Assembly: GCA_903895595.1 (NCBI GenBank)
Contig: CAITUP010000098.1
Coordinates: 1,933-65,932, forward strand
Direction: 5' to 3'
Origin: an uncultured Acetobacteraceae bacterium
Lineage (GTDB): Bacteria; Pseudomonadota; Alphaproteobacteria; Acetobacterales; Acetobacteraceae
Length of the DNA: 64,000 bases
Each line of letters starts with the position of its first letter. The first letter of the stretch is position 1. The position numbers and the translations under genes are program-made. Shown piece by piece: positions 30,614-38,280 of this stretch. The notes below the pieces were generated by a model. It was not told the origin of the DNA. It did no database searches and was given only the letters and a program-made list of their open reading frames with translations.

Positions 30614-32718
30614 ATGAAGGGCTTCATCTCCTACGCGCATGCCGACCAAGCGATGTTTCAGGCGTTTCACACGCATCTGAAAGGGATCGAGCGCGTGCTG
30701 GACGTTCGGTTCTGGGCCGATACCGGCATTGGCGGCGGCGCGCATTGGAACGACGAAATAGCAAAGGCCATCGCCGAGGCGGATATTTTCGTGCTGCTGC
30801 TCAGCCCCGATTGGCTGGCCAGCGAATACATCGAAAAGTACGAGGAACCGGCGATCCGGGCACGATACAATCCGAAGACGGGGCTGATCTGTCCGGTGAT
30901 TTTACGCCGCTGCGACTGGACGGACATCGTGCCGGATTTGCAGGGCATCCCGACGCATGGCCGCAAGGTTGTGCCGATCGACGATTGGCGCCCGAAGGAA
31001 CACGGCTACGATGCGGCCCGCGCGGAGATCAAGGCGGAAATCCGGGCACGGTTCAACCTGTCCTCCCGCCCGGCGGAATGGCGCCAGCGGCTGGATGGGG
31101 GCCGCAGAAGCAGCCGGCGATTGTCTGGGTTCAGGAGAACGACCAGCTGGTGCCGGCGGCCGAAGGAGCGGAGGCCGACGACGCCGTCGCCGCGGATGCG
31201 TCCACCCAACGGTCGCAGGGTGTGGTTCGGAACAAGGCGGACACGCTTGCGCGGCTGGCGAACCAGTTAGGCAATCGCCTCGACTCCGACTGGACGGGGA
31301 TCGCGGCGGCGGCTCGGGAATTCGCCGATGAAATGGCGAAACCGACCAAGATGTTGGCGGCGGAGATAGACCCGCTCTGGCACATGTTTCTGCGCTTGTC
31401 GTTATTCCTGGCGATGGATGAGCGTGCGATGAACCGTAGGAATGGGGAGACCGCCCCTTTACCAGCGCCGTTGCATCGCGCCCTGAGCGATCTGGTCGGT
31501 TCGGCTGCGCCCTGGCTGCGCCGCTTCCCCACCGCGCGCGGGATGGACGATCAGCGCCGCGCATCGGGGGCGGACCGCGCAGATATGACCGAAACGATGG
31601 GGTTGGCCGAGGCGCTGATCGCGGCTGCACGGGACGAGCCGTTGATACCGTCATCGGCCGCGAAACGCCTGTCCGACAGTGTGAAAATGGGACAGGATCC
31701 TTCCGTTCCCGGCGACAAGGCGGCAGCAGAGTCCGAAAATGCAATTTATAATCTGTTCGTTAAAATGGGCAGCACAGCGGCGGGTGCGATGCTTGGCGAC
31801 CTGCGCTTCGGATCGGAGGCCGATCGTGCCCTACATGGCCATATCAAGCACGTTTTAAGGGCAATCGAGGATCATCCGCGGATCGGCGCCTATCTCAAAG
31901 CGCGTTTCCCCGACGATTTGCGGCATGCGTTCGAGCAGTTGATGCGGGAGGCTAAGGAATCGCCAGGCGCGTTCGAAATTCCGCCGGAACGGGAAGAAGG
32001 AAGCGGCCCGTCGGTCGCGGGACCGGACATGGTGCGTATCCCCGCGGGCAAATTCATGATGGGGGTTCCGCAAGAGGAAAGCGATGGACCGGAAGGTTGG
32101 GGCGCGAGCGACGACGATTCGCGCCCGGTGCATGAAGTGACGTTCGCCCGGCCATTCCTGCTCGGCAAATACCCCGTCACCGTAGGAGAATACGCCGCAT
32201 TCGCAGGGGATACCGGGCGGACGCCGGAACCGCCGGCATTTCCGCAGACGGATCGGCACCCGGCGGTGAACGTGTCGTTCGCCGATGCTGTGGCCTATAC
32301 CGAATGGCTGTCGGAGCGGACAGGCCTGCGCTACCGGCTGCCGAGCGAGGCGGAATGGGAATATGCGTGCCGGGCAGGGACGACGACGGCGCGGTGGTGG
32401 GGCGATGGGTTCGATCCCTCCAAAGCGAACAAAAACGATCAGGGTACGACGGCGGTCGACCATTACGATCCGAACCCATGGGGCCTGCACGACACGATCG
32501 GCAACGTGTTCGAATGGGTCGCCGATCCCATGCACGACAACTATGTCGATGCTCCCTCCGACGGTTCGGTGTGGACAACCGGAGGTAGCGATGACAGCCG
32601 CGTTGTCCGTGGCGGTTCCTGGAGCAGCAGCGTCGGGAACCACCGCTCCGGCGTCCGCGGCTGGCTCAACCTCAGTGCCCGTCCGTGGGTTGGGTTCCGT
32701 CTCGCCAGAACGCTGTAG
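30614..32718 (+). pseudogene. TIR domain + unknown helical region + FGE-sulfatase/CLec domain fusion (DGR target), split by a 1-nt frameshift near 31097-31101
   Basis: frame 1 from ATG 30614: GFISYAHAD...FWAD..I.GG..W..EI..AI.EADIFVLLLSPDWLASEYI (TIR_2); after the G5 run the protein continues in the 30403..32718 frame to MVRIPAGKFMMG...RLPSEAEWEYACRAG...NPWGLHD..GNVFEW...RVVRGGSW...GFRLAR. Confidence 0.85.
32595..32708 (+). repeat. DGR variable region (VR)
   Basis: 114-bp gap-free match to 32916-33029; encodes SRVVRGGSWSSSVGNHRSGVRGWLNLSARPWVGFRLA at the protein C-terminus. Confidence 0.95.
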
Positions 32719-32741
32719 TCTCTTTAATCTTAGACTCTTTA

Positions 32742-32774
32742 CCTCTTTAGAGAGGGGTCCGGGGCATAGCCCCG
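32742..32774 (+). promoter_or_regulatory. hairpins downstream of VR/IMH (putative DGR homing cis-elements)
   Basis: CCTCT-TTAG-AGAGG (32742-32755) and CGGGGC-ATA-GCCCCG (32760-32774), 24-56 bp after the target stop codon, preceded by CTCTTTA repeats. Confidence 0.65.
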
Positions 32775-32915
32775 TGGAAATTTTTGGGGTTTTTAAGGCC
32801 TTGCACGACTCGGGCGCATTGGCGCCGTATGCGTCCGCTATCGGGCGTTCGCGCCCTACGATCTTCCCCCGCGCCCGGCCTGTTCGCCGTCCCAAGGGGA
32901 AGCCTGGCCGCCCCC

Positions 32916-33029
32916 CAGCCGCGTTGTCCGTGGCGGTTCCTGGAACAACAACGACAGGAACCACCGCTCCGGCAACCGCAACTGGAACAACGACAGTGCC
33001 CGTCCGTGGGTTGGGTTCCGTCTCGCCAG
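32916..33029 (+). ncRNA. DGR template repeat (TR)
   Basis: non-coding copy of VR with 8 AAC codons in the target frame; 12 A-to-N differences plus one G-to-C; 3' flank diverges from VR (GCCAGCACGCCT versus GCCAGAACGCTG). Confidence 0.93.
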
Positions 33030-33217
33030 CACGCCTCCATGCCAGAGCCGGGTGGGTCAAGGCCCAGTCGGGAGTGCCGAGGTTGCGTTCAGGGGTTGCC
33101 ATGATGACAAGGGGTGCAAGTGGTTTGACCCCGGTGCTCCCGGCGCCTGTCCTGGTTCTTCGATGGACGACAGGCGCCGGAACTTCCCGCGGGCACCCGG
33201 CCGGCCGGGTGTCTGCC

Positions 33218-33307
33218 ATTTGCGTTCATTCGCGGTTTCACTTTGGCAGGCGGAAGAACCGGTTCATTGGTCAGGTCCAAGGATCGGAACCGCGAACGAA
33301 CGCAAAT
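33218..33307. repeat. 22-bp imperfect inverted repeat
   Basis: ATTTGCGTTCATTCGCGGTTTC (33218-33239) versus GGAACCGCGAACGAACGCAAAT (33286-33307), 20/22 complementary. Confidence 0.8.
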
Positions 33308-33390
33308 TTCCGGTGGCCGAGACAAACCGTGGGTAGCGGGCCTGCGCCCGCCATGACGGTATTTCTCTTCGGCCCATGCCAAATTGGCCT

Positions 33391-33420
33391 GAGATGGTCG
33401 GGTCAAACCCGACCATGACG
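33391..33420 (-). repeat. single REP arm (right boundary of DGR cassette)
   Basis: GAGATGGTCGGGTCAAACCCGACCATGACG, inverted relative to 30513-30542; preceded by ATTGGCCT as at 19588-19595. Confidence 0.85.
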
Positions 33421-33434
33421 GGGTGCGAGGACGA

Positions 33435-35036
33435 CTATGCGGCTGCGTCTTCCTTGATCATCACCGCTGCCTTTTCCCCGATCATGATTGTCGGCGCGTT
33501 CGTATTCCCCGTGGTCAGTGTCGGCATGATCGACGCATCCGCCACCCGCAGCCCCGCGATCCCGTGCACCCGCAGCCGGGAATCAACCACGGCCGCCGGT
33601 CCTTCGCCCATCCGGCACGTCCCGACAGGGTGATAAATCGTCGTCCCGTAATCCTTGAAGAACTGCGTCAGCGCCGCGTCCGATGTCACATCCGGACCCG
33701 GCAGCGTCTCCACCACGCTGTGCTTGGCAATCGCCGGAGAGGCGAAAATCTCCCGCGTGAACCGCGTGCCCGCCAGCAGCACCTGAATATCCGCGGGATC
33801 GGACAGATAGTTGGGCGCGATCGCCGCTTTCTCGAACGGGTCGGCGGACCGAGCCATGATGGTGCCACGGCTGTCGGGGCGGACGGGGCAGATGGCGACG
33901 GTCATGCCGTCTTCGCGCTCCAGTTCCCCGAATTTGGCGTTGTCGTAGCTCGCGGGCGTGAACAGCAGTTGCAGATCGGGGCTCGCGAGTTCCGGCCGGG
34001 ACCGGCAGAACACCTGCGCCGTCGTTACCCCGAACGTCAGCGCCCCATTCCCGGCGGTGAAGAATTTCGCGACTTCGCGGACCAGCCGAACGCCGCGCGC
34101 CAGTTTATTGATCGAAATGGAATCGCGCACGCGGTGCGATACGCGGGCCACGTAATGATCCTGCAAGTTCGCCCCGACCCCGCGCAGATCGTGCACGACC
34201 GGCACGCCGATCGATTGCAGATGCGCCGCCGGTCCGACGCCGGAGATTTGCAGCAGATGGGGGGAGTTGATGGCGCCGCCGGACAAAATTACCTCCCGCC
34301 CCGCGCGCAGTTCCTTATCCTGCCCGCGCTGACGGTAGGCGACGCCGACGCAGCGCTTGCCCTCGAACAGCAGTTTGGTCGCGATCGCTTCGGTTTCGAC
34401 CCGCAGGTTGGGGCGGCTCCGCGCCTCTTTCAGGAACGTCTGCGCCGTCGAGCCGCGCCACTTCCCCTTGCGGGTCATTTGGGAATAGCCGACGCCCTCC
34501 TGCTGGCGTCCGTTCAGGTCTTTGCTGAACGGAAACCCGGCCTGCTGCGCGGCCTCGATGAAACGGTGGGTGAGGGGCAGGATCGTGCGGTAGTCCTCGA
34601 CCTTCAACGGCCCGCCGGTGCCGCGATAATCCGTGTCAGCCGCCTGCTTGTAGCTTTCGGATTTGCGGAACAGCGGCAGGACATCGTCGAAGCTCCAGCC
34701 GCGGCAGCCCATTTGTGCCCAGCCGTCGAAATCGGCGGGGTTGCCGCGCACATACAGCATGCCGTTGATCGAGGACGACCCGCCCAGCGTCTTGCCGCGT
34801 GGCCAATGGATTCGGCGGCCACCGCTGCCGTCGGAGGGTTCGGAACTGTAATTCCAGTTCACGACAGGGTGGTACAGCAGTTTCAGGACCCCGGCCGGGA
34901 TGTGGATCCAGGGGTTGGTGTCCGGCGGCCCGGCCTCCAGCAGCACCACCGAGGCGCCGGTCTCCGACAGGCGGGAAGCCACGACGCAGCCGGCCGATCC
35001 GGCGCCCACAACGATGTAATCCGCGTCCATGTGCAT
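33435..35036 (-). CDS. GMC oxidoreductase (choline dehydrogenase-like)
   Basis: VGAGSAG, RGKTLGGSSSINGMLYVRG, VGANLQDH, YHPVGTCRMG, ADASIMP...GNTNAP. Confidence 0.94.
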   Translation of the reverse strand: MHMDADYIVVGAGSAGCVVASRLSETGASVVLLEAGPPDTNPWIHIPAGVLKLLYHPVVNWNYSSEPSDGSGGRRIHWPRGKTLGGSSSINGMLYVRGNPADFDGWAQMGCRGWSFDDVLPLFRKSESYKQAADTDYRGTGGPLKVEDYRTILPLTHRFIEAAQQAGFPFSKDLNGRQQEGVGYSQMTRKGKWRGSTAQTFLKEARSRPNLRVETEAIATKLLFEGKRCVGVAYRQRGQDKELRAGREVILSGGAINSPHLLQISGVGPAAHLQSIGVPVVHDLRGVGANLQDHYVARVSHRVRDSISINKLARGVRLVREVAKFFTAGNGALTFGVTTAQVFCRSRPELASPDLQLLFTPASYDNAKFGELEREDGMTVAICPVRPDSRGTIMARSADPFEKAAIAPNYLSDPADIQVLLAGTRFTREIFASPAIAKHSVVETLPGPDVTSDAALTQFFKDYGTTIYHPVGTCRMGEGPAAVVDSRLRVHGIAGLRVADASIMPTLTTGNTNAPTIMIGEKAAVMIKEDAAA

Positions 35037-35100
35037 ACACCCCAATTTCGTCTGAGGTGGCCCGAAGCACCGGCCGGGGTCAAGAGCCGTGAAGCTTTGG

Positions 35101-35129
35101 TTGCGGCCCGCCGCGCTCCCCCCTATAAG
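35101..35129 (+). promoter_or_regulatory. sigma70-type promoter of tRNA-Ser
   Basis: TTGCGG-N17-TATAAG followed by GC-rich discriminator GCGCGCGGC, 18 bp upstream of the tRNA. Confidence 0.6.
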
Positions 35130-35147
35130 GCGCGCGGCTGCCGGTCG

Positions 35148-35236
35148 GGAGAGATGCCAGAGCGGTCGATTGGGACGGTCTCGAAAACCGTTGTACCCTA
35201 TGGGTACCCAGGGTTCGAATCCCTGTCTCTCCGCCA
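35148..35236 (+). tRNA. tRNA-Ser (CGA)
   Basis: GGAGAGA/TCTCTCC acceptor stem, anticodon arm ACGGT-CTCGAAA-ACCGT, long variable arm, GGTTCGAATCC, G-CCA end. Confidence 0.96.
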
Positions 35237-35243
35237 GCCATCC

Positions 35244-37412
35244 CTAATCCGCGGCTTCCGCCGCCAGAACCGGCGAAAACGCCGCGATCATCGCCGGAAT
35301 ATCGCCGGCCGGGCGCGGCTTGCTGAACAGATACCCCTGTAGCTCGTCGCATCCCTCCACCTGGAGCAGACGCATCTGCGGTTCGGTCTCCACCCCTTCC
35401 GCCAGGACATCCATGCCCAGCGCCTTGCCGAGTCCGACGACGGCCCGCACGATCTCCAGGCTGCCTTTGCAGCCATCGAGATTCTGCACGAACGACCGGT
35501 CGATCTTGATCTTGTCGAACGGAAACCGGCGCAAATAGCTCAACGACGAATAGCCGGTGCCGAAATCGTCCATCGAAATCCGCACTCCCAGATCGTGCAG
35601 CCGCCGCAGCAGCCCGATCGTCGCGTCGGTATCCCGCAGCAGCACCGATTCGGTAATTTCCAGCTCCAGCCGGTGCGGCGCCAGACCGGATGTGGCCAGC
35701 GCGAACGCAATGTCCTCGGCCAGCACGCCGCTCTCGAACTGGACCGGCGACAGATTGATCGCGACTTTGAGGTGGCCAGGCCAACGCGCCGCCTCCGCGC
35801 AGGCCGTGGTCAGCACCCAGGCCCCGATCGGCTTGATCAGACCGGTCGCCTCGGTCAGGGCGATGAACGCGCCCGGCGGCACCAGACCGCGCGCCGGGTG
35901 GCGCCAGCGGATCAGCGCCTCGAACCCGGTCAGGGACTCGCTGTCGGCCTCGATCAGCGGCTGGTAGAAAACCTCGAACTGCTCCTCGGCCAGCGCGACC
36001 CGCAGATCCGCTTCCATTTCGCGGCGCTGGCGGATATCGGCATCCATCGCCGGCTCGAAAAACCGGCAAACCCCCCGCCCATCGGCCTTCGCTCGGCATA
36101 GCGCGATGTCGGCGTTACGCAGTAGCTCATCGGGTGCGAGTTGCTCGGGGTCCGCGAGCACGACCCCCATGCAGGCGTCGATCTCAATGTTCTGCCCGCC
36201 GATTTGGAACGGAAACCGCAGGATCCCGTGCAGCCGGTCGGTCAGCGACAGCACGTCGGACGGTTGTTCGGCATCGCTTTGCACGATCGCGAACTCGTCG
36301 CCGCCGATCCGCGCGACCAGATCGGTCTCGCGGGTGTTTTCGCGCAGCCGGTCGGCCACCTGCCGCAGCAGCTCGTCGCCCACCGGGTGCCCCAGCGTGT
36401 CGTTCACCGTCGTGAACCCGTCCAAATCGATGCAGATCACCGCCAGCGCATGCCCCCGCCGCACCGCCGGCGCCGCCCGTTGCAGATGATCGTGGAACAT
36501 CGCGCGGTTCGGCAGCCCGGTTAGCGCGTCGTGCCATGCCATGTGCAGCAGCTGCGCCTGCGTGCGGCGCCGTTCGGTGATGTCCTCGAACGTCGCGACC
36601 CAGCCCTCCTGAGGCACCGGGCGCCGGACGACCTGAATCACCCTGCCGTCGGGAAGCTCGTGCACCCGGTCGTCCGGGTCCCGTTCCAGGTCCGGTCCCG
36701 GCGGCGCCAATAGCGTGCCCAATTCCGCGGCCGTTTGTCCTTCCGCTGGGGCGCCGAACATGTCCGTGAAACGCCGGTTGAACACCGTCAGCCGGTTCCG
36801 CGAATCGAACAGGCACAACCCTTGAGTCATATTATGCAGCGCGGCCTGAAACCGGGTGCTTTCCATCGCCAGCCGCGACAGGGTGGTGTCCAGCGCCCGG
36901 ATCGCCAGCAATCGGACAAGCAGCCAAGCGACGAAGCCCAAGGCACAGCTGCCGGCGGCGACAAAGGCGGTGCGGCGGACCAGCGGCCGCAAACTGACCT
37001 CGGCATCCAGCCAGCCGATCGTCGTCCCGCCCACCACGATTGGCGTACGGGCCGCTTGAACCGGAGACAGCAGGTCCAGGCTTTCCTGGAGCACCAGCTT
37101 GCCCCGTGTGTCGGTGACGCGCTGGCGGATCGGTTCGCCATTGCCGTCGGGGTAGGCGATCAGTTCGGCAATCCGGTCGGACTGGTATCGCCACAGACGA
37201 TCGTTGGCGAAGATGAATTTTTCGACGCGGCTCGCACTCAGCCGCCCCTTGAAATCGAGTGCGTCGGCGGAATCCTCGGCGCCGAGTGTGTAATAGGCGG
37301 CGGGGACGGCGAGCGCGATGGCGATGGCGAAGATCAGGCTCAGGGCGCCGATCAGCGTGCGGATATGCGGGGGGGCCACCGATCTATTCCCCGCCGGGGA
37401 TGCAGCCGCCAT
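35244..37412 (-). CDS. membrane-anchored PAS-GGDEF-EAL c-di-GMP signalling protein
   Basis: two TM helices; HDALTGLPNR, IDLDGF, RIGGDEF; YQPL, FEAL, ELEITE, SMDDFGTGYSSLSYL, IKIDRSF, AEGVET, QGYLFSKP (alternative GTG start 37379). Confidence 0.93.
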   Translation of the reverse strand: MAAASPAGNRSVAPPHIRTLIGALSLIFAIAIALAVPAAYYTLGAEDSADALDFKGRLSASRVEKFIFANDRLWRYQSDRIAELIAYPDGNGEPIRQRVTDTRGKLVLQESLDLLSPVQAARTPIVVGGTTIGWLDAEVSLRPLVRRTAFVAAGSCALGFVAWLLVRLLAIRALDTTLSRLAMESTRFQAALHNMTQGLCLFDSRNRLTVFNRRFTDMFGAPAEGQTAAELGTLLAPPGPDLERDPDDRVHELPDGRVIQVVRRPVPQEGWVATFEDITERRRTQAQLLHMAWHDALTGLPNRAMFHDHLQRAAPAVRRGHALAVICIDLDGFTTVNDTLGHPVGDELLRQVADRLRENTRETDLVARIGGDEFAIVQSDAEQPSDVLSLTDRLHGILRFPFQIGGQNIEIDACMGVVLADPEQLAPDELLRNADIALCRAKADGRGVCRFFEPAMDADIRQRREMEADLRVALAEEQFEVFYQPLIEADSESLTGFEALIRWRHPARGLVPPGAFIALTEATGLIKPIGAWVLTTACAEAARWPGHLKVAINLSPVQFESGVLAEDIAFALATSGLAPHRLELEITESVLLRDTDATIGLLRRLHDLGVRISMDDFGTGYSSLSYLRRFPFDKIKIDRSFVQNLDGCKGSLEIVRAVVGLGKALGMDVLAEGVETEPQMRLLQVEGCDELQGYLFSKPRPAGDIPAMIAAFSPVLAAEAAD

Positions 37413-38199
37413 CCCGTAGCGTCCGGATGCCGGCGTCGCTGTGCAGAAAATTCAGAAACGCCTGTACCGGAGCGGTCATGGGGGAGCGGACGACGATCCG
37501 CAGGACCTTGTCGTAGCGGTACCGTCCGTTCTCCAGGGCGTCCAGCGCGGGTGCCGTACCGTCGATCGCGACCAGCCGCAGATCGCGCCGCTCCGTCACC
37601 ATCTGCGTATAGGTCGCCCCGATGAAGGAGCCTTCCAGGCCTTCCGCCAGGGCTGCATTGTCCAGATCGGTCGTCGCGACTGGCAGTTCCCGCCGCGCGC
37701 GAGCGGCGGCGAGTGCGTCGGCGATGCCTGGGAAATGGCTGGTCATGACCGTGTTGTCGTCCTCTGCTTTGGGGCGCAGAATCACCTTGATGCGGGTGCC
37801 GTCGGGCCAGGTGGCGACCGGGTCGGCGTAGACCCGCACGATCTCATGGGCCGTCATCGCCGTGGGGCCGGTGCTGGAGGTGGCGAAGACGAACGGCGTG
37901 CGCAAAACCGCCGCCTCCGTCAGACCCTGAGCCTTTTCGGCGTCGGTCAAGGTACGGCCCGCGACGGCGACATCGATTGCGCCCTCGGCCGCTGCCCTGA
38001 TCCCCCCGCCGCTCCCCAGGCTTGGCACCACCTCCAACATGGTGCCGGAGCGTTCGACGAAGGGTTTCGCCATGCGTGTCATCAACCCGATCGCCCCGCC
38101 GGTGCCGCCGATCCGCAGCGTATCGGCCATGGCGGGTGGACTTTCGGCCACCCAGACGGCGACGAAAAACAACAAAATCAGCGGTGAACGACGTGTCAT
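37384..38199 (-). CDS. PstS-like periplasmic binding protein (PBP_like)
   Basis: signal peptide; LRIGGTGG...SLGSGGGIRA..EGAIDVAVAGR.L; directly upstream of the GGDEF-EAL gene. Confidence 0.78.
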   Translation of the reverse strand: MTRRSPLILLFFVAVWVAESPPAMADTLRIGGTGGAIGLMTRMAKPFVERSGTMLEVVPSLGSGGGIRAAAEGAIDVAVAGRTLTDAEKAQGLTEAAVLRTPFVFATSSTGPTAMTAHEIVRVYADPVATWPDGTRIKVILRPKAEDDNTVMTSHFPGIADALAAARARRELPVATTDLDNAALAEGLEGSFIGATYTQMVTERRDLRLVAIDGTAPALDALENGRYRYDKVLRIVVRSPMTAPVQAFLNFLHSDAGIRTLRDGGCIPGGE

Positions 38200-38245
38200 G
38201 GCGGTCAGTCCCTGCGATGCCGGGGGGCAGTGTCGCAGGGAGTTG

Positions 38246-38261
38246 TTAAGAAACCGTTAAC
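38246..38261. promoter_or_regulatory. perfect CtrA-type box
   Basis: TTAA-gaaaccg-TTAAC, 47 bp upstream of the PBP/GGDEF-EAL operon start. Confidence 0.62.
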
Positions 38262-38280
38262 AGAGGGGCATTCGGAGAAA

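Larger units (their letters stand above)
30513..33420 (+). mobile_element. diversity-generating retroelement cassette (target gene + VR + TR) lacking RT/Avd in cis
   Basis: VR/TR pair with adenine-specific mismatches, CLec/FGE target, IMH-like end and hairpins; no RT ORF nearby. Confidence 0.9.

Noticed and set aside
30403-31077. N-terminal 225 codons of the 771-aa ORF-track entry
   Set aside because: Off-frame shadow of the TIR coding sequence and the REP arm; not protein-like
32020-32718. True formylglycine-generating enzyme / sulfatase maturation gene
   Set aside because: It lacks the catalytic cysteine pair, no sulfatase is nearby, and the would-be active-site loop is the DGR variable region
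33052-33336. 94-aa ORF downstream of TR as Avd or an RT fragment
   Set aside because: No helical-bundle or RT character; it overlaps hairpins and palindromic repeats, so it is better explained as non-coding
35148-35236. tRNA-Ser as the integration site for the DGR or downstream genes
   Set aside because: No integrase or att duplication found; the DGR cassette is separated from it by an ordinary GMC gene
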